A DNA stretch of 64,000 nt from Scyliorhinus canicula. Taxonomy: Eukaryota. Position numbers and translations under genes: made by a program. Where the stretch lies: positions 19,588,546 through 19,652,545 of the forward strand of contig NC_052158.1 in assembly GCF_902713615.1 (NCBI RefSeq). Direction: 5' to 3'. Below are positions 37,882-45,884 of this stretch, one piece after another (within the stretch, counting starts at the first letter, position 1; each line of letters opens with the position of its first letter). Under the pieces are notes generated by a model that was not told where the DNA came from, did not search any database, and worked only from the letters and a program-made list of their open reading frames with translations.

Positions 37882-40800
37882 ACAGCACGGGGGGGGGGGG
37901 GGGGGGGGGGCAGCCAGCCGGGGGGGGGGGGGGGGGGCAGCACGGTGGTGCAGTGGTTAGCACTGCTGCCTCACGGCACCGAGGTCCCAGGTTAGATCCC
38001 GGCTCTGGATCCCTGTCCATGTGGAATTTGTACATTCTCCCCGTGTCTGCGTGGGTTTCGCCCCCACAACCCAAAGATGTACAGGGTAGGTGGATTGGCC
38101 ATGCTAAATTACCCCTTAATCATAAAAAAATGAATTGGGTACTGTGAAAACATTCTTTTTTTCCCAAAAGTCTGTTTCAATTATCTCCTGATGTTAAATT
38201 TTCTTTCATAGCAATTGTGTAGAAGCAACTTTAGGTTTACCACATTAAAAGTGCTACAACAACCAAGTTGTTGGTGAGGAGAGGGTGCCCAGAGGGTAGA
38301 AAAGAAATCCACACTTTATTTGATGATTTTCTTTAAATGATGTTTTTGTGATATTATTTGTCTTTTATGCCAAGGTGAAAAGAATGACAATCTATTCTAG
38401 AAAATGTTAAAAGGTGGTTGTTAGAAGTGGTTAAACCAACTATGGTTGTTAAATGATGCGCTTAAGCAAGTTGTTAACCAGACAAAGTAGTTAAGCTTGG
38501 CAGAATCTAAAACGTGGTTTGCATGAGGTTATGCTGAAATATCAATTACACAACTGTGGTTCATGACATGTGTTGGTGTTTAAGGAAAAATCATTATGTT
38601 TCCTTTTAATTTATTCCTGGGATGTGGGTGACGCTGGCTAGGCCAACATTTATTGCCCATCTCTAATTGCCCAAAGAAGTGGTAGTGAGAGGCCTTCCTG
38701 AACAGCGGCAGTCATAGAACATAGAACAGTACAGCACAGAACAGGCCCTTCGGCCCTCGATGTTGTGCCGAGCAATGATCACCCTACTCAAACTCACATA
38801 TCCACCCTATACCTGTAACCCAACAACTCCCCCTTAACCTTACTTTTTAGGACACTATGGGCAATTTAGCATGGCCAATCCACCTAACCCGCACATCTTT
38901 GGACTGTGGGAGGAAACCGGAGCACCCGGAGGAAACCCACGCACACAGGGAGGACGTGCAGACTCCACACAGACAGTGACCCAGCCGGGAATCGAACCTG
39001 GGACCCTGGAGCTGTGAAGCATTGATGCTAACCACCATGCTACCGTGAGGCCCCTAAGTCCTTGAGATGTAGGTACATCCACAGCGCTGTTATGGAGGGA
39101 GTAATCAGGATTTAGACCTAGTGAAGGAACAACCGTTTGATTTCCAAGTCAAAATGTTAAGTGGCTTGAAGGGAAATTTCCAGGTGACGGTGTTCCTAGT
39201 CTTGTCTTTCTCGATGGTAGTGGCCGTGGGTTTTGCAAGGTGCTGTCTAAGGAGGTTCAGTGGGCGCGATTCTCCGCAAATGCGGCGAATCGTAAAGGCT
39301 GCCGTGAAACTGGCCGTGTTTCACGGCAGCCTACGCGCCCCCTCCCGGGACCCGATTCTCCCCCCCCCCCTTCCCAAAAGAAAACAATTCTCTGGCCTGC
39401 ATTTCTTTGCAAGCAGTATGGATCCCAATTCCCAGGGCACTGCCTGAACTATCTACGGAGGCAGAATAACAAAAGAACCTTCAATTGTGATGTGCCAGAT
39501 TCCGGGAGTCCCCCAGAGGAAGTGAGGGGTGACACAGTGTCAGGCACGGGTGAGCCCTGCACTCCACTGCAGAGAACCTCATTTGCACCCACCGCTCCCA
39601 ACACTGGGCGGCTGACTGCCTTCGGGCAGTCACTTAGCAACTTGATTATGGAGCAGGCTGAACAAATTGCAACAGGCACTGGAATGTGGCGACTAGGGGA
39701 TTTTCACAGTAACTTCATTGTAGCAATACAGATTATTATTACCACATTACTTGATGACCTGATTTGCTGAGATTCAAGAATGATTCATGCATTGAATCCC
39801 GTGACAGACTGTTGCCACAGTTATAGGCAAATGCTAGCTCACCGTAACTTGGGAGTTTTATTCCCTTGGTGATCATTTCATTTTTTTTTTTTAAGTGTTT
39901 TTTCAATGACTTGCATGTTTGCTTGGACAAGATTAAAGGTTTTTTTAAAATTTATTTAGAGTACTCAATTATTTTTTCCCCAATTAAGTAGCAATTTAGC
40001 ATGGCCAATTCACCTACCCTGCACATCTTTGGGTGTGGGGGTGAGACCCATGCAGACACTTGGGAGTGTAGCCACCTAAGATGGACACTGGGCTACAAAA
40101 TGGAGAACTGCTAAGGCTGTAGGGAGAAAACAGTCTTAGCAAGGACAAGCAGTTTGCAGAAGGCTAATTAGCATTCTGCACGTACCGAAACCAGTTTATG
40201 GCCAGGTGCAGGATCTCAACTAAAGGTGTAAATGGCAACAACGCTTCGCATAGTAATGAGGTGATCAAGATCCAGGCCAGCACAATAGAAACATTTAGAT
40301 ATGAATGGATGCTTTTGAGAGAGGCCCAGACGAAACGGCACCATAAGTATCCATCACAAAGACCCATAGAGACCGCCCAACCCATCGAGAAGAGACCCTC
40401 AGATTGGGGGATTTGTAAAATATCGATTGGAAGAAGACCCAATCGATATACGGCAGGTAGAGAACCGCCCCGAAAAGGCGCGGACCTTGGGAAACCTATA
40501 AAAGTAGACCCCGCACATGGTTCGGTCTGTTTTGGCTCCGGCTCTGCTTTGGCTCCGGCTCGGACTGTTTTTGGCTCCGGCTCTGCTTTGGCTCTGGCGC
40601 TCGCTGATACATCGCATCCTGATTCCAGTTCCATCACCAGCCGTTGAGCCACCAGCCATCGAACTGTAAGTTTCACCACGACGCTCGCTACGTGAACCAG
40701 ACTTGCTAGACCCTGACGACCTTCAAGCTTTCTGAGAGTTGCAGACCAAGAACGGGACGAAGGCCTCGCTCCCTGACCTTGCCTGTTCCTGTTTAGATAA

Positions 40801-43800
40801 GTATTTTAGTCGTTTAGTTTAGTAGTAACTTAGTCTCTTTAGTGTTTTGGGCAGCACGGTAGCATGGTGGTTAGCATAAATGCTTCACAGCTCCAGGGTC
40901 CCAGGTTCGATTCCCGGCTGGGTCACTGTCTGTGTGGAGTCTGCACGTCCTCCCCGTGTGTGCGTGGGTTTCCTCCGGGTGCTCCGGTTTCCACCCACAG
41001 TCCAAAGATGTGCGGGTTAGGTGGATTGGCCATGCTAAATTGCCCGTAGTGTCCTAATAGTAAGGTTAAGGGGGGGGAGTTGTTGGGTTACGGGTATAGG
41101 GTCGATACGTGGGTTTGAGTAGGGTGATCATTGGGGCTAGTTTAGCTCACAAGGCTAAATCGCTGGCTTTTAAAGCAGACCAAGCAAGCCAGCAGCACGG
41201 TTCGATTCCCGTACCAGCCTCCCCGGACAGGTGCCGGAATGTGGCGACTAGGGGCTTTTCACAGTAACTTCATTGAAGCCTACTCGTGACAATAAGCGAT
41301 TTTCATTTCATTTTCATCATTGTTCGGCACAACATCGAGGGCCGAAGGGCCTGTTCTGTGCTGTACTGTTCTATGTTCTATGTTCTAGTGTGTGCATGTG
41401 TATTTATTATATTTGTGATAATAAATATCAATCGTTGGAACTTCCTAATCGGTGTACAGATTTATTACTTTGAACCTGACCTTGATATACTTGTGAGGTG
41501 TCTCGACACGGCACCTGGCGACTCCTGAGCTGAATTACACACACAGAGCTGTAGTAGTGTTAAGCACATGGCCTTTAAACGGAGGCGTGTTAATACACTC
41601 CAATAAAGGGGCAGCACGGTGGCACAGTGGTTAGCATTGCTGCCTACGGCGCTGAGGACCCGGATTCGAATCCCGGCTCTGGGTCACTGTCTGTGAGGAG
41701 TTTGCACATTCTCCCCGTGTCTGCGTGGGTTTCCCCACCACAACCCAAAGATGTGCAAGATAGGTGGATTGGCCACACTAAATTGCCCCTTAATTGGAAA
41801 AAAAGTAATTGGGTACTCTAAATTTATTTTAAAAAAATTTAAAAAAATACACTCCAATAAAACGTTTCAGACTCAAGTAAAACGTGCAACAGGAGAATGT
41901 GCAAAGTCCACACGGAGAGTGACCTGGGAGCGGGATCGATCCCGGGTCCTCAGTGCTGTAGGCAGCAGTGCTAACCACTGCACCACCATGCCGCCCCTAA
42001 GATTAAAGATCTTTAATGGAAATTTCACTGGCTGGCTGTGTTTGAGTAACCGTTGGGGGCATTTTTCCAAAGGCAATGCTGAATGCCTAATTTCCACTTC
42101 CAGACTAGGATTTCTCCCATGGGTTCATGACTACTCTACGGAGTAGTCCTGGCAAAAGCCAGCCCAAAATTATGGGGAAATTGAGATGCCCACCCTGCAA
42201 TATGGCTGGTGATAATGGGTGTGTTGTGTCTAGGCTTATTGATGCCCTTATCCTGTGCCAGAAACAGGAACATGGGATGGAAATCCCAGAGTTAGGTTGC
42301 TCCTGCCATATGTAAATGACAAAAAGAACAAATTAAGCATTTTGTTAACAAGGGAACTTTTAAATTATTACCTAAATTTAACTCCTAAACTTTCAAGGGT
42401 TAATGTTAAGAACATGGGAGGGTGGCTTGACCAAGGGTTAATGTGAGGGGACCATGTAGCTGACTAATATGTATTTATGACCTCTTCTTAATTCCCAATA
42501 TATACATGGATATAGCTAGGAAAGGCTCGTTTACATTGGATTTGTGCCACTATTTCATGGCAATAAGGGGCATCGACATGAAAATGTTTGAGGTTCCCCG
42601 ATGTTCTTGGGGGTCACTAGGGATTCCGTGGTCTAACGGTTGGGCAACCCTGGTGGTAGAACATAGAACATAGAGCCATGATCACCCTATTCAAACCCAC
42701 GTATCCACCCTACACCCGTAACCCAACAACCCCCCCCCCCACCTTACTTTTTAGGACACTACGGGCAATTTAGCATGGCCAATCCACCTTACCCGCACAT
42801 CTTTGGACTGTGGGAGGAAACCGGAGCACCCGGAGGAAACCCACGCACACACAGGGAGGACGTGCAGACTCTGCACAGACAGGGAATCAAACCTGGGACC
42901 CTGGAGCTGTGAAGCATTTATGCTAACCACCATGCTACCGTGCTGCCCCACATGGTATGATGTATACAATGCATAAGGGTTCCAGCAGCAGGTGAGGCTG
43001 CAGCAGAATCCGGTGAAAGTGCGGAGGAAGTCTCTGATGGTGCTGATATGGAATCAGAAGCACTCTCTTCAGAGCCAAATGACACCAATATTGCAAAGAG
43101 CTATTGCCAGGGAGAAGGATAGTCAGTCACTGGGATCTGAGGTCGGGAATGCGAGTCCCCCCCCCCCCCCGGTGTGGGGAGGTCGGGAATGTGTGAGACC
43201 CCGCCCCCGCCCCCCGCGCCCCGCGCCCCGGGCCCCGGGCCCCGCGCCCCGGGCCCCGGGCCCCGCGCCCCGCGCCCCGGGCCCCACACCCCGGGCCCCA
43301 CACCCCGGGCCCCGCACCCCGGGCCCCGCACCCCGGGCTCCGCGAGTTGGTCAGGTCCCTGCAGTGGGATACCACAGCATTAAACTTTCTGCTGCGATAT
43401 TTCAGCCTCAGAGCTGCTGTGTTGCTGGGGTTTAAACAGAAGGCATCCGGTCGATGGGCCACATGACGCTGCAATGTTGTTGCTCGGAGTGTGGGATCTG
43501 AGAATGATATTGGACTCCCCAGTACGTATTCAACTGGTGGTAATTTCTGCTCATCCACCTGAGCAGCCTGCCAATTGGGCACTGGATGAAGTGGACAGCA
43601 GTGCTGCTGAGGCAGAGCAGGGTGTCCTATGTCACGTATGTGGTACAACGTGCTTTCTGATGGGCGTTGCATGATAGCTCCGAGCAACAACATTGCAGCG
43701 TCATGTGGCCCATCGACCGGATGCCTTCTGTTTAAACCCCAGCAACACAGCAGCTCTGAGGCTGAAATATCGCAGCAGAAAGTTTAATGCTGTGGTATCC

Positions 43801-45029
43801 CACTGCAGGGACCTGACCAACTCGCGGAGCCGGGGGGGGGGGTCTCACATTCCCGACCTCCCCACACCGGGGGGGGGGAACTCGCATTCCCGACCTCCCC
43901 ACACGGGGGGGGAAACTCGCATTCCCGATCTCCCCACACCGGGGGGGCATTCCCGACCTCCCCACACCGGGGGGGGGGCATTCCCGACCTCCCCACACCG
44001 GGGGGGGGGGGCATTCCCGACCTCCCCACACCGGGGGGGGCATTCCCGACCTCCCCACACCGGGGGGGGGGGGCATTCCCGACCTCCCCACACCGGGGGG
44101 GGGGCATTCCCGACCTCCCCACACCGGGGGGGGGGGGGGGCATTCCCGACCTCCCCACACCGGGGGGGGGGGGGGGACTCGCATTCCCGACCTCCCCACA
44201 CCGGGGGGGCATTCCCGACCTCCCCACACCGGGGGGGGGGGACTCGCATTCCCGACCTCCCCACACCGGGGGGGGGCATTCCCGACCTCCCCACACCGGG
44301 GGGGCATTCCCGACCTCCCCACACGGGGGGGGGGGGCATTCCCGACCTCCCCACACCGGGGGGGGGCATTCCCGACCTCCCCACACCGGGGGGGGGGACT
44401 CGCATTCCCGACCTCCCCACACCGGGGGGGCATTCCCGACCTCCCCACACCGGGGGGGCATTCCCGACCTCCCCACACCGGGGGGGGGGGGGCATTCCCG
44501 ACCTCCCCACCCCGGGGGGGGGGGGGAACTCGCATTCCCGACCTCCCCACACCGGGGGGGGAACTCGCATTCCCGACCTCCCCACACCGGGGGGGGAAAC
44601 TCGCATTCCCGATCTCCCCACACCGGGGGGCATTCCCGACCTCCCCACACCGGGGGGGGGGCATTCCCGACCTCCCCACACCGGGGGGGGGGGGCATTCC
44701 CGACCTCCCCACACCGGGGGGGGGGGGGAAACTCGCATTCCCGACCTCCCCACACCGGGGGGGGGGGGAAACTCGCATTCCCGACCTCCCCACACCGGGG
44801 GGGGAAACTCGCATTCCCGATCTCCCCACACCGGGGGGGCATTCCCGACCTCCGATCCCCTGCCCCACCCCATTTGAAGACCACCCCCACCCCCCCACCC
44901 CCCAGTCACTAATTTACCTGCTTCACCGAGAGTCCTGGGTCCGAGGAAGCCCAGAGGCTGCAACAGGGGGAGGGCGAAGAGAAGAACCGAACGCGCCAAT
45001 CGAGAATTCATCGAGAATTGTCGCCACAT
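804..45029 (-). CDS. Spliced gene model (9 exons, 3' end incomplete): IgSF receptor, signal peptide + IgV + IgC2 + 5 TM + cytoplasmic tail
   Basis: Exons 44918-45029, 36650-36949, 20374-20637, 19358-19465, 19092-19175, 16741-16851, 6715-6813, 3857-3958, 804-877 join through GT-AG junctions (first eight junctions phase 1) into 1254 nt / 418 codons with no stop: MWRQFSMNSRLARSVLLFALPLLQPLGFLGPRTLGEA-DGRKEVFGVIGSSVLL...DQGVYTIVNGHWKWSTDLKLI-EPLSVPLINST...CQV...W...DCGMYTC...SIY-GFPRLHYYTKQLAIVALITAVVALICKAISVFKDST-SLQLLKTLLQVVQFASLIALSGYWIWIE-GPHRNNVLLLVFFCLLEIPFALSISGGNWLIKNLKAN-LCCLKGMGEVTTSGSISVLCASIFLIVKLKDRA-DNECGPADNLQATLILAVMVPFILSFIVFTVYIL-YRNHNKGRPRAPSLNVTGSHQPECL. Confidence 0.8.
1377..1679 (-). 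mobile_element. V-SINE with GTGACAATAAAG(ATT)n-type tail
   Basis: V core followed by ...cagtaacttcattg...cctacttgtgccactaataaagattattat. Related copies at 33025-33350 and 52980-53255. Confidence 0.8.
2113..2291 (-). mobile_element. Short tRNA-derived SINE (~180 bp, no V core)
   Basis: GGGGCTGTTTAGCACAGGGCT...GGTTCAATTCCC head, tail gcctacttgtgacaataagcgattttc. Copies at 3021-3185, 41133-41315, 63851-64000. Confidence 0.8.
2404..2788 (+). mobile_element. Solo LTR with an internal MITE
   Basis: TG...CA termini, TATAAATA, AATAAA, imperfect 4-bp flanks acat/aaat; shares sequence with 4335-4563. Confidence 0.6.
2605..2735. mobile_element. PIF/Harbinger-type MITE
   Basis: Termini gggtgggaattttc / gaaaaatccagccc, 3-bp TSD AAA. 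Related GC-rich MITEs at about 5576-5735, 30040-30625, 31535-31705, 34955-35535, 39262-39400. Confidence 0.6.
3300..3655. mobile_element. Penelope-like element fragment
   Basis: gaaaatgctggaaaatctcag...ctggcagcatctgtagggagagaaaagag...gtttcgagtc block, recurring at 55077-55210. Family assignment from recalled shark repeats. Confidence 0.45.
3857..3958 (-). CDS. Exon 8: extracellular loop with Cys + TM5
   Basis: 102 nt, acceptor tatctattgcag|, donor TAT|gtaagt; DNECGPADNLQ-ATLILAVMVPFILSFIVFTVYIL. Confidence 0.82.
4335..4563 (+). mobile_element. Solo LTR (related to 2404-2788)
   Basis: Shared block gaatacgagcttcctc..taatgggcggagg, AATAAA, ends tgttgtaaca. Confidence 0.5.
5197..5547 (-). mobile_element. 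V-SINE with CR1-type tail
   Basis: Tail gatgggccgaatggcctccttctgcactgtaaattctatg. Similar copies at 5771-6089, 17589-17910, 38715-39055, 42660-42950, 50155-50497, 51550-51845, 55545-55862. Confidence 0.85.
6715..6813 (-). CDS. Exon 7: TM4
   Basis: 99 nt, acceptor tgtgttttatttgttgccag|, donor CTG|gtgagt; LCCLKG...SGSISVLCASIFLIVKL. Confidence 0.78.
8137..9815 (+). repeat. Subterminal minisatellite of the hAT, ~52 units TTGCGTCCTCGGGCCGTGCTG(G)n
   Basis: Counted by eye; constant ~21-nt core with variable poly-G spacers. Confidence 0.95.
10880..12791 (+). pseudogene. Inactivated hAT transposase (ZBED5/Buster-like)
   Basis: BED finger PQCVICGDVL..SMKPSNLKRHLNTQH, CxxH HCFLHRE, VRWLSRG, YLCETG. 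Catalytic Asp positions read LQLGECTD and VCTYGA. -1 frameshifts near 12230 and 12570. Confidence 0.9.
15879..16136 (-). mobile_element. V-SINE, A-rich tail, 17-bp TSD
   Basis: TSD ACTTTCACTAGAAAACT at 15862-15878 and 16137-16153. Confidence 0.9.
16741..16851 (-). CDS. Exon 6: TM3
   Basis: 111 nt, acceptor ctttgttttcttttaatag|, donor ACC|gtaagt; VLLLVFFCLLEIPFALSI. Confidence 0.8.
18122..18345. repeat. 46-bp tandem repeat, ~5 copies
   Basis: gcagaaacatgcacggcctgattggctgtgcgtgcagatgtcctgc at 18122, 18168, 18214, 18260, 18306. Confidence 0.95.
19092..19175 (-). CDS. Exon 5: TM2
   Basis: 84 nt, acceptor ttattgttccag|, weaker donor AAG|gtactt keeps phase 1; LLQVVQFASLIALSGYWIWI. Confidence 0.65.
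19358..19465 (-). CDS. Exon 4: TM1
   Basis: 108 nt, acceptor gttttctatttcag|, donor CAA|gtaaga; LAIVALITAVVALICKAISVF. Confidence 0.85.
19694..20068 (-). mobile_element. Solo LTR, 375 bp
   Basis: 5-bp TSD TGTAC (19689-19693, 20069-20073); minus-strand TATAAAA and AATAAA; ends gtaacaaaaca. Confidence 0.8.
20374..20637 (-). CDS. Exon 3: IgC2/I-set domain
   Basis: 264 nt, acceptor ctccctccctctcccacag|, donor TATG|gtgagt. EPLSVPLI start, LACQV, IVWMKDG, SDCGMYTCTVENSVS. Confidence 0.92.
20737..20835 (+). mobile_element. Internally deleted V-SINE
   Basis: Head joined directly to the A-rich tail; TSD AACAAGAAC (20724-20732, 20836-20844). Confidence 0.65.
20900..21150 (+). mobile_element. L2 LINE ORF2 C-terminal remnant
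   Basis: NITRLCPYFS, YSNA, LQLICNSAA, SPVTPVFTSLH resemble L2 C-terminal motifs. Confidence 0.55.
21960..25338 (-). mobile_element. Tx1-clade LINE remnant (CCHC ORF1, APE, linker), RT region missing
   Basis: CHTCGKTGH knuckle; VILGGGFN..SRIDFLF; FFFQK.HRE; SMSESMR joined through a SINE to AKNWEKRL..SIVGKNLVIR. Confidence 0.8.
23195..23730 (+). mobile_element. tRNA-derived SINE with gggcaataaatgctg tail (V-SINE inserted at 23306-23515)
   Basis: Head with ggtttgaatcc B box; tail shared with the LINE at 54700-56085. A related head lies on the minus strand at ~57790-58030. Confidence 0.5.
25340..27990 (-). mobile_element. Degenerate L1/Tx1-clade ORF2 (RT to 3' end) with two V-SINE insertions
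   Basis: YRPISLLNVDTK, QGCP, YVDDLL, LAGRVQAVKMNVLP; SINE at 26585 with TSD GACTTAGG. Confidence 0.8.
28353..29860 (-). mobile_element. Solo LTR interrupted by a 5'-truncated L1
   Basis: Minus-strand start tgtagccatctaagg resembles the LTR start at 40067. Left boundary is approximate. Confidence 0.65.
28605..29269 (-). mobile_element. 5'-truncated L1/Tx1 copy
   Basis: ANHAHMFWAC..WQPFLDFLAQR*, poly-A, TSD ACAATAACCTATACTT (28589-28604, 29270-29285). Confidence 0.9.
30690..31070 (-). mobile_element. Tx1 LINE 3' fragment
   Basis: LLVNLPLGLAKLAI..SLEREHVVSTGTIEAF..APQGL, typical of the Tx1 ORF2 terminus. Confidence 0.65.
31150..33020 (+). mobile_element. Decayed CR1 endonuclease region containing a MITE and a minisatellite
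   Basis: YVNAWS..NK, ILETW, GEEFLMCVQE, LDLAL. Confidence 0.55.
31741..32574. repeat. 59-bp minisatellite, ~14 copies
   Basis: catctccatgtcatggctaccatctacaccacaatgtgcccacccctgtccaacgccat; period seen as a one-base shift per 60-nt line. Confidence 0.95.
36650..36949 (-). CDS. Exon 2: IgV-type N-terminal domain without cysteines
   Basis: 300 nt, acceptor tttctgttaatcag|, donor ATTG|gtaagt. Motifs EVFGVIGSSVLL, VEWEF, RLRYFTSNGSLMINNL, DQGVYTI typical of CD2/SLAM/CEACAM N-domains. Confidence 0.9.
37380..37935. other. G-rich low-complexity tract with assembly gap (N 37579-37715)
   Basis: 137 N flanked by G runs. Confidence 0.95.
40067..41891 (+). mobile_element. Solo LTR (ERV/Gypsy-like) inserted into a V-SINE, carrying three SINEs
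   Basis: TG...CA, TSD GGAG (40063-40066, 41892-41895), TATAAAA at ~40497. Host SINE halves at 39945-40066 and 41892-41998. Confidence 0.85.
43132..43831. repeat. Inverted duplication: perfect 154-bp arms 43336-43489 / 43678-43831 plus a mirrored copy of the array
   Basis: Arms checked base by base; 188-bp spacer. Confidence 0.95.
43845..44860 (+). repeat. Minisatellite, 31 units GCATTCCCGACCTCCCCACACC(G)n
   Basis: Counted by eye; ends ~57 nt inside intron 1. Confidence 0.95.
44918..45029 (-). CDS. Exon 1: signal peptide
   Basis: ATG at 45029-45027 (second in-frame ATG 45011). Basic n-region, hydrophobic core SVLLFALPLLQPLGFL, ends LGEA. Donor GCAG|gtaaat, phase 1, matching the IgV exon. 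Confidence 0.75.
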
Positions 45030-45055
45030 CACCGGGACACAACTTTACTCTCCAT
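45029..45055 (-). promoter_or_regulatory. Upstream ORF MESKVVSR* overlapping the main start (TGATG)
   Basis: AAAATGG at 45055, nine codons, TGA at 45031-45029 shares its A with the ATG at 45029. Confidence 0.5.
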
Positions 45056-45079
45056 TTTCTCGAGGGCACTGCTTTTCTG

Positions 45080-45150
45080 CCAGACCACACCCGCCCCCGA
45101 AACTCCCCCAGCTACTCAATCGGAAAAAAGCAGAAATCAGGAAGTGGTTT
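45080..45150 (-). promoter_or_regulatory. Putative TATA-less proximal promoter
   Basis: ETS core CAGGAAGT 45138-45145 overlapping GTGGTTT (RUNX-like), GC box CCCGCCCCC 45090-45098, RUNX-like TGTGGTC (minus) 45083-45089, about 55-120 nt upstream of the ATG. Confidence 0.55.
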
Positions 45151-45884
45151 TGACAAATGTCAATCACAGAATTGTTACAGCGCAGACTGAGACCATTCAG
45201 TCCATCGCGCCTGGGACGGCTCTTCCAATGAAAGGTGCTATCTCTCCCCCCCCCCCCCCCCTGCACATTCTTCCTTTATTTTAACTCTGCACCTTCTTCC
45301 TGTTTTAAAATAAATTTACCCAAATAATTTTTTTCCAATTAACTGGCAATTTAGCCTGGCCAATCCACCTACCCTGCACGTCTTCGGGTTGTGGGGGCAA
45401 AACCCACGCAAATACAGGGAGAATGTGCAAACTCCACATGGACAGTGACCCAGAGCTGGGATCGCACCTGGGACCTCGATGCCGTGAGGCAGCAATACTA
45501 ACTACTGCGCCACCATGCTGCCCCACATTCTTCTTTTTTATAGAGCATTTAGTTCACCCTTAAATCATAGAATCCCTGCAATGCAGAAGGAGGCCATTTG
45601 GCCCATCGGGTTTGCCCCAACACCACTCTGCCTAGGTCCACTTTCCTGCCCTATCCTCTTAAACCTAACCTGCACATCCCTGGAAACTAAGGGGCAATTT
45701 AGCATGGCCAATTCACCTGATCTGCCTAGAATCCAGACAGCGCAGAAGAAAGTGATCGAGTCTGCCCCCACCCTTCGAGAAACCACCCTACCTAGGTCTA
45801 ATTCCTGCCATTTTCCTGCAACCTCAACCCTATGGGACACTTTAGCGTGACCAAATCACCTAATCTGCACATCTTTGGACATAT

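Noticed and set aside
39843-39876. Alternative first exon MITKGIKLPSY-G|gtgagc
   Set aside because: Phase 1 fits, but there is no hydrophobic core or promoter motifs; exon 1 at 45029 is much better supported.
43693-44917. ORFs of 368-395 aa over the intron 1 array
   Set aside because: Repeat translations; only the first 37 codons of the 45032 ORF (exon 1) are supported, ending at a GT donor.
804-45029. Gene symbol CD47, HEPACAM, CEACAM or SLAMF
   Set aside because: The architecture matches none exactly and no alignment could be run, so the symbol is withheld.
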